From positions 192,001 to 256,000 of the forward strand of contig CAWFGE010000010.1 of assembly GCA_963815195.1 (NCBI GenBank): DNA of 64,000 nt, given 5' to 3'. The DNA comes from an uncultured Planctomycetaceae bacterium (GTDB lineage: Bacteria > Planctomycetota > Planctomycetia > Planctomycetales > Planctomycetaceae). Positions 8,611 through 22,213 of the stretch are shown here, in pieces; position 1 is the first letter of the stretch; every line of letters begins with the position of its first letter. The notes beneath the pieces were generated by a model, which worked only from the letters and a program-made list of their open reading frames with translations, searched no databases and was not told where the DNA came from. The position numbers were made by a program, and so were the translations under genes.

Positions 8611-11600
8611 ATGCGGAATCGGCTCAGACAGTTCTTCGGCGTGTTGTGGATTGCAGTGAGTTTCGGCCCGGCGCTCGCCTTCGGGCAGGATCCGTTTGCC
8701 GCCCAGGTCCGGCCGACGGATCCATTGACTCCGGCCCTTGAGCAAAAAAGTTTCCATCTGCCGCCGGGCTTTGAGGCGCAGTTGTTCGCCAGCGAGCCGG
8801 AGATCTTAAAGCCCCTCAACATGGCGTTCGATGCGCGGGGCCGGTTGTGGGTGACGGAGTCGCAGGAATATCCCTACGCAGCCCCGGCGGATCGGCCTGG
8901 CCGCGATCATATCAAAATCCTCGAAGACACCGACGGCGACGGCCGCGCGGATAAGATCACCACCTTCGCCGACGGCTTGAATATTCCCATCGGAATTTAT
9001 CCGTACCGCGATGGCTGCATCGTCTTCAGCATTCCCTACATCTGGCGTTTGCGCGACACCGACGGCGACGGCCGCTGCGATCAGCGGGAAAAACTCTTCG
9101 GGCCGATGGGCGTCGACCGCGACACGCACGGCCTCAACAACGCCTTCCGCCGCGGCTTCGACGGCTGGCTTTATGCCTGCCACGGCTTCAACAACCACAC
9201 CGAAGTCGCCGGCAAGGATGGGCATAAAATCGCAATGCAGTCCGGCAACACCTACCGCATGAAGCTCGACGGCTCGCGGATCGAGCATTTCACGCACGGG
9301 CAGGTGAATCCCTTCGGCATGACGTTCGACGAATGGGGCAACCAGTTCACCGCCGACTGCCACAGCAAACCGCTCACGCAGCTTTTGCGCGGGGCGTTCT
9401 ATCCCAGCTTCGGCAAGCCGCACGACGGGCTGGGGTTTGTCTCGCCGATGATGAACCATTCCCACAGCTCGACCGCGATTGCGGGCGTGGCGTATCCGAC
9501 GGGCGAAAGTTTTCCCGCCGATTTTCGGAGAAGTTTTTTCAGCGGCAATGTGATGACCAGCCGGATCAACCGCAACGCGCTGGTGTTTCACGGCTCGACG
9601 ATCCGGGCGAAGGAAGAGCCGGATTTCCTCAACAGCGACGACCCCTGGTTCCGCCCCGTGGATTTGCGGATCGGCCCCGACGGGGCGATGTATATCGCGG
9701 ACTTTTATAACCGCATCATCGGGCATTACGAAGTGCCGCTCGACCATCCCGGCCGCGACCGCCGCCGGGGCCGGATTTGGCGGATCGTTTACACCGGCAA
9801 CAAGGCGGGATCGCGAGATCCTCAGGCTGCGGACCTTTCCAAAGCGGGCACGGATGATCTGATCAAAGCTTTGGCGGATCCGAACCTGACTGTCCGGCAG
9901 TTGGCGACCGATCAACTCAGCGACCGCATTGGCAAGAAAGCCGTCCCAAAGTTGCAAGATGCTCTCGCCAATTCGCAAAGCCCCGAAGCCAAGGCTCACA
10001 CGCTGTGGGTGCTGTATCGGCTGGACGGCCTGAACGAGGACTTGCTAACCCAAGCCGCCGCCGATCAAAGCCCGCTGGTGCGGACGCATGCGATGAAAGT
10101 GTTGGCGGAAACGCCCGAGTGGTCGGAAAAGATGATCGAATCCGTCCGCAAGGGGTTATCGGATTCCAATGCCTTCGTGCAAAGGGCCGCGGCGGATGCA
10201 TTCGGTCAGCATCCCGAAGTTTCCGCGGTCGCCGATTTGCTGACGATGCTCCCCAAGATTCCACCAGCCGACGATCATTTGCGTTACATGGTCCGCATGG
10301 CGATTCGCAATCAACTCCGCCGAAAAGATGCATTTGCGGAATTGCAAAACCGCGAGCTGTCCGAAGTGGACTTAAAAGAACTCGAAGAGATCGCCTTGGC
10401 GATTGATTCCCCGGAGTCGGCGGCGTTTGTGCTCGACTGCCTCACGAAGCTTTCGCTGTCCGGCGAAAGGCTGGCCGGGTCGCTGGAGCATGCCGTGCGG
10501 TATCTGCCGGCCGAACAAACGGATCGGCTCGTCCACGTCGCCCGGCAAAAGTGCGGCGACGATTGGGACTTGCAGTTTCGCTTGCTCGCCGCGCTCCACG
10601 CCGGCCTCGAACGCCGCGGCGAGGAAGCCACGCCGTTGGTCCGCTCGTGGGCCCAAGATGTTGCGAAAGAATGGATTTCCGATCTTCCGCCGGAGGCTCT
10701 CGCGTGGGCCAACACGCCGCTCGCGAGCGAAGCCAATCCCGCCAATCCCTGGGCGGTGCAGGAACGGGTCTCGGCGGACGGCGACACGGCTTCGCGGTTT
10801 CTGTGCAGTCTGCCCTTCGGCGAGCAGCTCACGGGGCGGCTTGCGTCGCGGGAGTTCGCGCTGCCGGCGTCTTTGAGCTTTTATGTCGCGGGCCACATCG
10901 GTCCGCCGAACAAACCCGTGGTGGCGAAGAATTTTATCAGGCTGATCGACGCCGAGACGCATGCCGTCCTCAAAGAGACCCAACCGCCGCGAAACGACAC
11001 CGCCCAACGGATCACGTGGGATCTTAAAGAGTTCGCGGGCCGGCGGGGATATGTGGAAATCATCGACGGCGACACGCGGCGGGCGTATGCGTGGCTCGCC
11101 GTGGGCCGATTCGAGCCCAACGTCGTCCCCATCGCGGCTGCTTCGCCGCGCGAGGTGGAAGACAAGCTCCAGACCACCGCGAGTCTGGCGGCTGAGTATG
11201 GACTGGCCGACCTGCGGCCGACGCTTGCTGCGCTTCTGAAAGAGGACCCGCTCCCTGCCGGCGTTTCCGCGGCCATGATCCGCGCTTTGGGAAAACTCGC
11301 GAAGCAACCGCAATTCGAAGCCCTGGCCGTCGCGGCCGAGGATCCGGTCGTCCCGCATTCGCTCCGCCGGACGCTCAACCAAACCGCGGCGGAACCCGAT
11401 CAGAAAGCCGTTCTGGCAGCGATGACGGCGGCGTTTCGGCAATGCCCCGCGCGGCTGCAAACCGGAATGGCCGAAGCCCTCGCGAACGATGCGGCCGGGC
11501 GGCAGATCGTTTTCACTCTGATCGAAAAAGGCGTCGCCCCCGCGCGGCTGTTGTTGAATCCGCCACTCCGAGCCCGCTTGCTCGCCACCGCAAAATCGGA

Positions 11601-12168
11601 AAGCGAGCGGCAAGCCCTCGAACAAACGATCAAAAGCCTGACCGCCTCGCTCCCCGCGGCGAACGAAGCCATCGAAAAGCTGCTGCAAACCCGCCGGGCC
11701 GCGTACCCGGCCGCGGACCACGATGCGAACCGCGGCGAGGCGGTGTTCAAGAAACATTGCGCGGCCTGCCATCAAGTCGGCGGGCAAGGGGCAGTGGTGG
11801 GGCCGCAGTTGGACGGCATCGGCAACCGCGGCCTCGAGCGGGTGCTCGAAGATGTGCTCGACCCCAACCGCAACGTCGATGTCGCGTTCCGCACGACGAC
11901 CGTCGCCCTCGAAGACGGCACGGTCCACACCGGCCTCGTCCGCCGGGACGAAGGGGCCGTCCGCGTGCTCGTCGATCAAAAAGGCAAAGAGTTCTCGATC
12001 CGCCGGGACCAGATCGTGCAGGAGCGCAAATCGAATCTGTCGCTCATGCCCGCCAACGTTGCGGAACTGGTGCCGGAGAAAGAGTTCTACGACCTCGTCG
12101 CATTCCTGCTCGCCCGCCGATCGTCTCAAAACTCCGCGGAAAACCGCGCGCCGGTGCCGAAGCCGTGA
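8611..12168 (+). CDS. PVC-type heme-binding CxxCH protein (dehydrogenase-like beta-propeller, HEAT repeats, cytochrome c)
   Basis: LPPGFEAQLFASEP, DTDGDGRAD, WFRPVD..GPDGA.YIADFY, and C-terminal CAACH, GPQLDG, SLMP. Confidence 0.9.
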   Translation: MRNRLRQFFGVLWIAVSFGPALAFGQDPFAAQVRPTDPLTPALEQKSFHLPPGFEAQLFASEPEILKPLNMAFDARGRLWVTESQEYPYAAPADRPGRDHIKILEDTDGDGRADKITTFADGLNIPIGIYPYRDGCIVFSIPYIWRLRDTDGDGRCDQREKLFGPMGVDRDTHGLNNAFRRGFDGWLYACHGFNNHTEVAGKDGHKIAMQSGNTYRMKLDGSRIEHFTHGQVNPFGMTFDEWGNQFTADCHSKPLTQLLRGAFYPSFGKPHDGLGFVSPMMNHSHSSTAIAGVAYPTGESFPADFRRSFFSGNVMTSRINRNALVFHGSTIRAKEEPDFLNSDDPWFRPVDLRIGPDGAMYIADFYNRIIGHYEVPLDHPGRDRRRGRIWRIVYTGNKAGSRDPQAADLSKAGTDDLIKALADPNLTVRQLATDQLSDRIGKKAVPKLQDALANSQSPEAKAHTLWVLYRLDGLNEDLLTQAAADQSPLVRTHAMKVLAETPEWSEKMIESVRKGLSDSNAFVQRAAADAFGQHPEVSAVADLLTMLPKIPPADDHLRYMVRMAIRNQLRRKDAFAELQNRELSEVDLKELEEIALAIDSPESAAFVLDCLTKLSLSGERLAGSLEHAVRYLPAEQTDRLVHVARQKCGDDWDLQFRLLAALHAGLERRGEEATPLVRSWAQDVAKEWISDLPPEALAWANTPLASEANPANPWAVQERVSADGDTASRFLCSLPFGEQLTGRLASREFALPASLSFYVAGHIGPPNKPVVAKNFIRLIDAETHAVLKETQPPRNDTAQRITWDLKEFAGRRGYVEIIDGDTRRAYAWLAVGRFEPNVVPIAAASPREVEDKLQTTASLAAEYGLADLRPTLAALLKEDPLPAGVSAAMIRALGKLAKQPQFEALAVAAEDPVVPHSLRRTLNQTAAEPDQKAVLAAMTAAFRQCPARLQTGMAEALANDAAGRQIVFTLIEKGVAPARLLLNPPLRARLLATAKSESERQALEQTIKSLTASLPAANEAIEKLLQTRRAAYPAADHDANRGEAVFKKHCAACHQVGGQGAVVGPQLDGIGNRGLERVLEDVLDPNRNVDVAFRTTTVALEDGTVHTGLVRRDEGAVRVLVDQKGKEFSIRRDQIVQERKSNLSLMPANVAELVPEKEFYDLVAFLLARRSSQNSAENRAPVPKP

Positions 12169-12175
12169 GAGGCTT

Positions 12176-12238
12176 AACCACGAAGACACAAAGGAAGGCA
12201 GCGTCCGCGTTCCGCTTTCTTCGTGTCTTGGTGGTTTC
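12176..12238. repeat. Intergenic inverted repeat (ACCACGAAGACAC.../...GTGTCTTGGTGGT)
   Basis: Imperfect palindrome between the CxxCH gene and dnaE. Similar motifs occur near 30800 and 45600. Confidence 0.45.
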
Positions 12239-12359
12239 CTCTTTCCCGGATGCGTTCCTGGAAAGAACTCCGCCCGGCCCGATTTGAGGCGGCGGGTGAG
12301 GCTGCTACAATTGGAATCGGCACGAGCCTGATTTCCCCCCTCAGACTTTTGGAAGCTCC

Positions 12360-15300
12360 ATGACCACCGATCGTCCGTTTGTGCATTTGCATTGCCATAC
12401 GCATTTCAGCCTGCTGGATGGGGCGAACCGCATTCCCGATCTGATCGCGAAGACCAAACAGATGGGCATGAACGCCGCCGCGATCACCGATCATGGGAAC
12501 CTCTACGGGGCGATGGAGTTCTATACGACCTGTAAAGCCGAGGGCGTCAAGCCGATCATCGGCTACGAAGCCTACATCGCCCCCGGCCGCCGGACCGACC
12601 GCAGCGCGAGCCGGATGAAAGAAGCCAGCTACCACCTCACGCTGCTCGCCATGAACGAGACCGGGTTTCGGAACCTGATCCACATGGCCTCGGTCGCGTA
12701 TCTGGAGGGCTTTTATTACAAGCCCCGCATCGACAAGGCGCTTCTCGAAGAATTTAACGAGGGCATTATCTGCCTTTCCGGCTGCGCATCGAGCGAGCTG
12801 TCGAACATGATCCTCGCGGAAAAATGGGACGAGTCGAAATCGCTGATTCATTGGTTCGACAAACTCTTCGGCGACCGGTTTTACCTGGAGATCCAAAACT
12901 CCGGCCTCGACATCCAGCGGCAATGCCTGGAAGGCACCGTCGATCTCGCAAACAAGGCCGGCTTGCCGTTGGTCGCGACGAACGATTCCCACTACCTCTG
13001 CCAGGAAGACGCCGCCGCCCACGATGTGCTCTTGTGCGTCAACACCCGCACGGTCCGCAGCGACGTTAAGCGGATGCGGATGGACGTGGACCAGTTCTTC
13101 GTCCGCTCACCCGAGCAAATGTACGAGGCGTTTCCCGGCCTCGAAGATGCCGTCGCCCGCTCGCAGGAAATCGCCGACCGCGTGGACATCGATCTCGATC
13201 TGACGAAGCGCCACTTTCCCGTGTTCCAACCGCCGGAAGGCAAAACCGACGTCGAGTATCTCCGCGAAATCTGCGAACAGGGCATGGTCTGGCGGTATGG
13301 CGAAGACGGCATCACCGAAGCACACCAACAGCGGTTGGATTACGAGCTGGGCGTGATCGAGAAAATGGGCTACGCGAGTTATTTCTTGATCGTCGCCGAC
13401 TTCGTGCAGTTCGCCCAGCGGAACAATATTCCTTGCTCGGCCCGCGGCTCGGCGTGCGGGGCGATCGTGGCGTATGTGCTGGGCCTGAGCCACGTCTGCC
13501 CGCTCCAGTACGACTTGCTGTTCGAGCGGTTTCTCGACCCCAGCCGGACCGAACCGCCGGATATCGACATCGACTTCTGCCGCGACCGCCGGCAGTTGGT
13601 GATCGACTACACCAAGGAAAAATACGGCGTGCAGAACGTCGCCCAGATCGGCACGTTCGGCACATTGAAAGCGAAGATGGTCGTGCGGGACGTGGGGCGG
13701 GCCTTGTCGGTGCCGCTGCCGCGGGTCAACGAAATCGCCAAGATGATCCCGGATACCTTGAACATCAAATTAAAAACGGCGCTCGAGGAAAGCCCGGACC
13801 TCAAAGACGCCTACAACAGCGACCCGCAGATCAAGGAACTGATCGATATTGGGATGCGGCTGGAAGGCCTGGCGCGAAGTGCCGGCACCCACGCGGCGGG
13901 CGTGGTGGTCGCGGATCAGCCGATCTCGAACTTCATCCCGCTCCAGCGAATCACCGGCAAGGAAGACATCATCACCCAATGGGACGGCCCCACCGTAGAG
14001 ATGGTCGGGCTTTTGAAGATGGACTTCCTGGGCCTCAGGAATTTGACGATCCTCGACAAAGCGGTCGAGAACGTCAAAAAATACCGCGGGCGGGATCTCG
14101 ATCCGCTCAAGTTCCCGCTGCACGATCAAGAAACCTTCGCCCTTTTACAGCGAGGCGAGACCAAGGGCATCTTCCAGTTGGAATCCGGCGGGATGCGGGA
14201 CCTCTTAACCAAGATGCGGCCCGACCGCTTTGAAGACATCATCGCCACCAGCGCCCTGTACCGCCCGGGTCCGTTGGAAGGCGGGATGGTGATGGAATAC
14301 GTCAACGTCAAGCACGGCCTGCAGGAGCCGCGAAAAATCCACCCCGTCGTGGACGAGGTGCTCGCCGAGACCAACGGCGTGATGGTTTATCAGGAACAGG
14401 TGATGCGGATTCTGAACCGCGTGGGGAACATCGAACTCCCCGCCGCGTACCGCTGCATCAAGGCCATCAGCAAGAAGAAACTCAAAACCATCGCCGAGTT
14501 CCGCGAGCAATACATCGCCGGCGCGAAGGAAAACGGCATCGACGAAAAAATCGCGACGGAGCTGTTCGAACTGATCGAAAAATTCGCGGGCTACGGGTTT
14601 AATAAATCACATTCGACCGCATACGGGGCGGTGGCTTATCAGACGGCGTATCTGAAAGCCCATTACCAGCGGGAGTTCATGGCGGCTTTGTTGTCCTGCG
14701 GGATGGAGGACTCCGCGCGGATTGCCGAGCATGTCGAGGACTGCCGGCGGATGAAAATCACCGTGCTCCCGCCGGATGTGAATACCTCGGAAGTCGAGTT
14801 CGCCGTCGTGGGCGACAACTTGACGTTCGGGCTAGGAGCAGTCAAAGGTGTGGGCGAGAACGCCGTCGAAGCCTTGGTCGCCGAGCGCATCGAGAACGGC
14901 CCCTTCAAGAACATTTTCGATTTGACCGAACGGGTCGATCCCAAGGTCCTCACCAAGTCAGCGCTCGAAATCCTGATTAAAGCCGGGGCCTTGGATTCGT
15001 TGGGACCGAACCGGGCGCAACATCTCGCAGCGGTGGAGCGGGCCGTGCAGTCGGCGTCCGCCAAGCAGCGGGACAAAGCCCGCGGGCAGAAAAGCCTGTT
15101 CGGCGACGACTCCGGCGAAGAGGAAGGCGCCGAAGACGATGCCCTGATGCTTCCCGAACTGCCCGATTGGACCCACGCCCAAAAGCTCGTGGCGGAAAGG
15201 GAAGTCCTCGGCTTTTATCTCACTTCGCATCCTTTGACCGAGCATGCCGAGAAGCTCGCCAGGTTTGCGAGCCACGTCACCTCGGAACTCGTCGATCTGG

Positions 15301-15884
15301 AAGACCGGGCCGAGGTTTCCCTCGCCGGGATGATCTCCTCGATCAAAAAAGCCCAGACGAAAAAGCCGAGCCGCAACGGCAACACGCGGTATGTGAACTT
15401 CGACTTTGAAGACCCGCACGGCATGGTGCGGTGTATTTTGTGGCCGGAAGAGTTCGCCCGCATGGGCCACCTCGTCGAGCCGGACGCGATCTGCTTTGTC
15501 AAAGGCCGAGTGGACCGCCGGGGCCGGGAGCCGAACTTGATCGTCAACCAGATCATGTCCCTGGACGAGGCCGAGAAAACCTTCACGGATCGGTTGGCGA
15601 TCAAGTTCCAGCACGGCCTGCACGATGAGAACGACATGATCCGCGTGCGGGACATTTTAAACCGCCATCCGGGCCTTGCCGACGTGATCCTGCTCGTGGA
15701 AACGCCCGACGAAAAAACGAACGACCGCCAACTCAGGTATGTGATGCAGTTGCCCAACTCGATGCGCGTCGCCTGCGACGCGGCCCTCCGCACCGAACTC
15801 GCCGCCGCCTTGGGCGAAAACCATTTCCGGTTTCACGCCGCCCCGGTGAAGAAAAACGGCAACGGGAATAACATCGGCCGGTGA
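12360..15884 (+). CDS. dnaE: DNA polymerase III alpha subunit
   Basis: PHP domain (HLHCHTHFSLLDG, TDHGN), PDIDIDF, FAGYGFNKSH and OB fold. No intein seen. Confidence 0.97.
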   Translation: MTTDRPFVHLHCHTHFSLLDGANRIPDLIAKTKQMGMNAAAITDHGNLYGAMEFYTTCKAEGVKPIIGYEAYIAPGRRTDRSASRMKEASYHLTLLAMNETGFRNLIHMASVAYLEGFYYKPRIDKALLEEFNEGIICLSGCASSELSNMILAEKWDESKSLIHWFDKLFGDRFYLEIQNSGLDIQRQCLEGTVDLANKAGLPLVATNDSHYLCQEDAAAHDVLLCVNTRTVRSDVKRMRMDVDQFFVRSPEQMYEAFPGLEDAVARSQEIADRVDIDLDLTKRHFPVFQPPEGKTDVEYLREICEQGMVWRYGEDGITEAHQQRLDYELGVIEKMGYASYFLIVADFVQFAQRNNIPCSARGSACGAIVAYVLGLSHVCPLQYDLLFERFLDPSRTEPPDIDIDFCRDRRQLVIDYTKEKYGVQNVAQIGTFGTLKAKMVVRDVGRALSVPLPRVNEIAKMIPDTLNIKLKTALEESPDLKDAYNSDPQIKELIDIGMRLEGLARSAGTHAAGVVVADQPISNFIPLQRITGKEDIITQWDGPTVEMVGLLKMDFLGLRNLTILDKAVENVKKYRGRDLDPLKFPLHDQETFALLQRGETKGIFQLESGGMRDLLTKMRPDRFEDIIATSALYRPGPLEGGMVMEYVNVKHGLQEPRKIHPVVDEVLAETNGVMVYQEQVMRILNRVGNIELPAAYRCIKAISKKKLKTIAEFREQYIAGAKENGIDEKIATELFELIEKFAGYGFNKSHSTAYGAVAYQTAYLKAHYQREFMAALLSCGMEDSARIAEHVEDCRRMKITVLPPDVNTSEVEFAVVGDNLTFGLGAVKGVGENAVEALVAERIENGPFKNIFDLTERVDPKVLTKSALEILIKAGALDSLGPNRAQHLAAVERAVQSASAKQRDKARGQKSLFGDDSGEEEGAEDDALMLPELPDWTHAQKLVAEREVLGFYLTSHPLTEHAEKLARFASHVTSELVDLEDRAEVSLAGMISSIKKAQTKKPSRNGNTRYVNFDFEDPHGMVRCILWPEEFARMGHLVEPDAICFVKGRVDRRGREPNLIVNQIMSLDEAEKTFTDRLAIKFQHGLHDENDMIRVRDILNRHPGLADVILLVETPDEKTNDRQLRYVMQLPNSMRVACDAALRTELAAALGENHFRFHAAPVKKNGNGNNIGR

Positions 15885-16048
15885 GTGCAAATAACTCACG
15901 CAAAGGCGCCCAATCGCAAAGGATTTTGTTCAAACCCATTTCTTTGCGCCGGGTGCCACGGGCAGCTTGCTGCCCGTGTGTTCGATTCTCGACTTTCAAG
16001 CGACGGGCAACAAGTTGACTTCGGCAGGACGCAATAAACGATAGCGGC

Positions 16049-18229
<2,181 letters not shown>

Positions 18230-18393
18230 CAAATTCCCCTTTTGCCGAGGGAGAGGGTTTTTGAAGTGGGGCGTTACGAGTTGTTGTACCGCATGCGTCG
18301 TTCCGCCCGCAAGCCGATGGAAAATGACGGAGCCGTCGCGCCCATTCGCGCGACGGCACCGTCACTGGTGATCGAAAACGTGAAACCGTTTGG

Positions 18394-19136
18394 TTACCGC
18401 GTGGAGATGGCTTGGGCGAGCGGGCGGAGGACCTGGTCGATCACGAAATCGTCGAGCAGGTCTTCGCAGCGGATGCGGAGCCGGCTGAGTTCGTCCTCGT
18501 ACTTGGCACCGGGATCGAGGCTGCCGTATTGACGGACCGTGAAGTACACGCTGATCTGGTCTTCCTGGAAATCGCCGCGCTTCACCTGGTAGGGGGTGGT
18601 GCGGGTTTCGATCATCAGCCGGGCCCACTGCCGGCAGCCTTCGTCCAAGGCGAGCGTGATCGAGGGCTTGTAATTCAGCACCTGGCGCCGGGAATGTCCA
18701 TCATCCCCTCGAAGGCCGAGCCGGTGCCCAGAGCTTCCGCGACGAGTTCGTCGTGGTTGCCGCGGTACGAGAAATCGAAGCCCATCATGTAATCCAAGGC
18801 TTCGCAATCGAGGCCGCTGACCGAGAGCATGTAAGGCACCAGTTGCAGCACGGTGGCATGCTGCTCGAACGCGGTGTCGGTTTCGGAGGGGTTCACGAAC
18901 CCGCTGCAAATGCAGCGCGGCTCGAGCGACACCCAGCGGTGCTGGCCTTGGTCTTTGTCTTCTTCGAGCACATAATCCCCGTTGTCGCGGGTGTAAAAAT
19001 TCCGCATCGTCGGATAAGTTTTCTGCATCCGCTCGAAAAAGTGGAGGATCGTTTCACGTCCTTCCGGCAGCCGCATCTCCGTGCTGAGGTTCATATTGAC
19101 GTAAAAATCATCCGCGAGGGTGCCATATCGGTTCAT
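18394..19136 (-). CDS. Conserved hypothetical protein (frameshift near 18680)
   Basis: ORF 18675-19136 and the 3' part of ORF 18394-18909 join into one plausible protein. Confidence 0.6.
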
Positions 19137-19391
19137 TGCATCGACCTTTTTCTCGGCGCGTGAGGAGCGTGTTGTTTTCTGGGTGACTCTGGTATTATGG
19201 ACAAGAGTTCAAAACAAGCAGCCGCCCGCGCATGCCAGTCGGACAGGAATGCCCATTCCGTGGGCACGGATGGTAAATAACATTCGAGCCGACATCCACC
19301 GTGACGAATCGTTTCTCCTGGACCCAATGGGAGAAGTACTTTTCCTTAACATTCTATCGGGGAGTAAAACATGGGTCAAAGTGGTGTTTCC

Positions 19392-19970
19392 ATGACAACG
19401 GCAAATCCCGGAACCGGCCGGCCGTTGGCTGCAACCTCTATGCCCTTTCTAGGGATTTTTCCCACTGAAATCGGCTGGATGGGACTCGCCGGGCGGGAAA
19501 GGATCGTGGAACGATTGGTGATTGGACACTTCTCGGCCGAGGCCGTCTGGGGACATCTTACGACGGAAGCGGGCGGAGATTTTACAGAATGTGACTGGTT
19601 TCCCGAACTCCGCAGCCGGCTGGAAGCGTTTGCCGAGGGCCAGTGCACGGATTTTTCGGACGTGGCGGTGGATTTGTCGCATTTGACGGCGTTTCAGCAC
19701 CGGGTCGTTGTGGAGTTGCGGAAGGTCCCGTTCGGGCAAACTCTTTCGTACGCGGAACTTGCGGCGAGAGCCGGCTCCCCGAAGGCCGCGAGAGCCGTGG
19801 GCAGCGTGATGGCCCAAAACCGGGTGCCTTTGATCATTCCCTGCCATCGGGTCGTCGGGTCCGGCGGGAGTTTGGGCGGATTCTCGGCCCCGCGAGGCAT
19901 CGCCTTCAAAAAACAACTCTTGGCCCTGGAAGCGAATCCGTCCCCTCAGCTTCTGGATGTCGTTTCGTAG
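19392..19970 (+). CDS. ogt: Methylated-DNA--protein-cysteine methyltransferase
   Basis: SYAELA..AGSPKAARAVG and the IPCHRV active site. Confidence 0.9.
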   Translation: MTTANPGTGRPLAATSMPFLGIFPTEIGWMGLAGRERIVERLVIGHFSAEAVWGHLTTEAGGDFTECDWFPELRSRLEAFAEGQCTDFSDVAVDLSHLTAFQHRVVVELRKVPFGQTLSYAELAARAGSPKAARAVGSVMAQNRVPLIIPCHRVVGSGGSLGGFSAPRGIAFKKQLLALEANPSPQLLDVVS

Positions 19971-20034
19971 CAGTTCTTTTTTCATAGCAACTTTTATCGC
20001 CCGAAGCGCAAGTTTTGAAGTTACGGACTTCCGG

Positions 20035-20232
20035 AGTCGCGAAGCGACGGTAGCATATAGCCGTGGGCGTGAGCCCACGGAAACAGGAGCCAAAACAATC
20101 GAGAGCCGCGAAGCGGCGGCAGCACATTTTGCTCCACCGTTTGCTGTCGCCGCTTCGCGGCTTAAGATCTGTAAATCGCCGGGGATCTGCGGGCTGACGC
20201 CCGCAGCTACATGCTGTCGCCGCTTCGCGGCT
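20035..20232. repeat. Composite REP/BIME-like palindromic element (AGCCGCGAAGCGGCG family)
   Basis: Four GCCGCGAAGCG(G/A)CG-type units in direct and inverted orientation, with internal hairpins such as CCGTGGGC-gtga-GCCCACGG. Confidence 0.75.
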
Positions 20233-20290
20233 GCCGAGGCGCTTACAACTCGCGCTTTGGGTTGGTGAGGGCTACTCCATTTCAACTGCC

Positions 20291-21239
20291 ATGTCCGATC
20301 GAATCTCCTCTCCGACAAACGAGGAGACCGTCAGTCTGCGGATGGCGGTCGAGTCGCCGGAGAACGTGCGGCTGACCTACGAACTGGCAGGGCCGGCGGC
20401 TCGGTGCTTGGCTTATGGCCTGGATACCATCGTCCGCGCCCTCGTCTTGGTGTTCGGGCTGATCGTGGCGATGCTGACGAGCCGCGTGCTGCCCGGCGTG
20501 ACCTGGGGGGCCGTCTTGGTGCTGCTCTTCCTTCTGGAATGGGGCTACTTCATCTTTTCCGAAGGGCTGTTTCGCGGGAAGACGCTCGGCAAGGAAGCCC
20601 TCGGGCTGCGGGTCGTTCAGCTCGAAGGCTACCCGATCACGCTCTGGTCCGCGATGCAGCGAAACCTGATGCGGGTCGTGGATGGGATTCCGCTGTTCGC
20701 GTTTCTGGCCCTGGCTCAACCGGCAACCCGCGCCGTTTCGGTCGTGCCGAGCTTGGACAACCTCTGGACCGCGGCGTTGATGATGCCGGTTTACGGGCCG
20801 GCTCTGTGCTCGATGATTCTCACCCGGCGGTTTCAGCGGCTCGGCGATTTGGTCGCGGGGACGGTGGTGATCTCGGAACGGCGATCCCGGCTTCGGCGGG
20901 AGGCGGTGATCATCTCCAAAATCGAGCCCTTGTCCCGCGAGGAGATCGGCCGCCAGGTCCCCGAAGAAGAAACGCTGGCCTTGATCGATGAGTTTCTGTC
21001 CCGGCGGATCGTGCTCACCCACGATCGCGGCCACGAACTCTGCGCGGACTTCGCGGTCGCCCTCGCGCAGGAAACTGGAGTTCCAAGGCGACCGCTACCA
21101 GCTTCGCGATTATCCCATGTCGTTTCTGGCCCGCGTGTATGTGACATTCGCCCGCAAAGACGAACCCGCCGGCCCGACCGGCCCGGGCAAAGCCGGCGAC
21201 GTGCTCGTGGTCATGGCCGGGGAGGTCTTCTCGCCATGA
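20291..21239 (+). CDS. RDD family membrane protein (frameshift near 21070)
   Basis: ELAGPAARCLAYGLD, GKTLGK..LGLRVV, RNLMRVVD and QRLGDLVAGTVV. The C-terminus continues in ORF 20988-21239. Confidence 0.85.
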
Positions 21240-22213
21240 ACAAGCGGGACTTCGTCGAACACCGCCGGCCCGCGTGGTCGCGGTTTCAGCAGATGCTGGA
21301 TGGGCTCGAATGCCGGTCGTTCCGCAAGATGAGCGGGGCGCACCTGCGGGAGTTTTCGCGGTTCTTCCGCGAACTGGCCCATGACCTGGCCCTCGTGCGG
21401 TCGCGGGGTTGGGGCGAAGGCCTCGAAACTTATCTCAACGATCTCGCGGCCCGCGGGAATAACGTGTTCTACCAGGCCCCGCCGGGCCGGATGTCGCGGT
21501 TTCTGGATTTTCTTGCAGGCGGCTATCCGCGGGTGTTCCGCAAGAATGCTGCGTACTTCTGGTCGGCGGCGTTGTGCTTTTTTCTGCCGATGCTCATTGC
21601 CTGGGCCGTCGTGCAAAACTCGCCCGGCCTCGCGCACCGCGTGATGGAACCCGCGCAGCTGCAGCGAATGGAGGACATGTACGGCTCGGACAACGAGGCC
21701 GAGCCCGGCGAACTCATCTTCGCGGAAGAGCGGGCCACGATGGGCGGATTCTACGTTTACAACAACGTGGGAATCGCGCTCTGCGCGTTTGCCGCGGGGC
21801 TGTTGTTCGGGACGATTACGGTTTACGTGCTGGTGAGCAACGGGATCATCATCGGCACGATCGCGGGGTATCTGATCAGCCAAAACCACGGCAACGCGTT
21901 TTTGAGTTTCGTGATTTCCCACGGAGCGTTCGAGCTGACCGCGATCGCCGTCGCCGGCGGAGCCGGTTTCATGCTAGGGGGCGCCCTCCTGCACCCCGGC
22001 CGAAGAACTCGATTGGAAAATCTCCAAGTCCGCGGCCGCGAAGCCGTCCAAATCGCGGGCGGCGCGGTCGTCATGCTCCTCATCGCCGCGCTGTTAGAAG
22101 CCTTCTGGTCCCCCACCGCGATTCCGCCCATAATAAAATACACCGTGGGCACGATCCTCTGGGCGCTGGTGGCGCTTTACCTGCTCTTAGTCGGCCGCGA
22201 TGCTCCTGAGTAG
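21236..22213 (+). CDS. SpoIIM-family (stage II sporulation protein M-like) membrane protein
   Basis: ATGA overlap with the RDD stop. Motifs YVYNNVGIA, NGIIIG, SHGAFEL and AALLEAFWSP. Confidence 0.85.
   Translation: MNKRDFVEHRRPAWSRFQQMLDGLECRSFRKMSGAHLREFSRFFRELAHDLALVRSRGWGEGLETYLNDLAARGNNVFYQAPPGRMSRFLDFLAGGYPRVFRKNAAYFWSAALCFFLPMLIAWAVVQNSPGLAHRVMEPAQLQRMEDMYGSDNEAEPGELIFAEERATMGGFYVYNNVGIALCAFAAGLLFGTITVYVLVSNGIIIGTIAGYLISQNHGNAFLSFVISHGAFELTAIAVAGGAGFMLGGALLHPGRRTRLENLQVRGREAVQIAGGAVVMLLIAALLEAFWSPTAIPPIIKYTVGTILWALVALYLLLVGRDAPE

Noticed and set aside
12360..15884. Intein in dnaE
   Set aside because: The length is normal and the FAGYGFNKSH region is uninterrupted.
20291..22213. 640-aa RDD-SpoIIM fusion protein
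   Set aside because: The linker is an out-of-frame read-through caused by an indel near 21070. The true RDD C-terminus ends with an ATGA overlap at the SpoIIM start.
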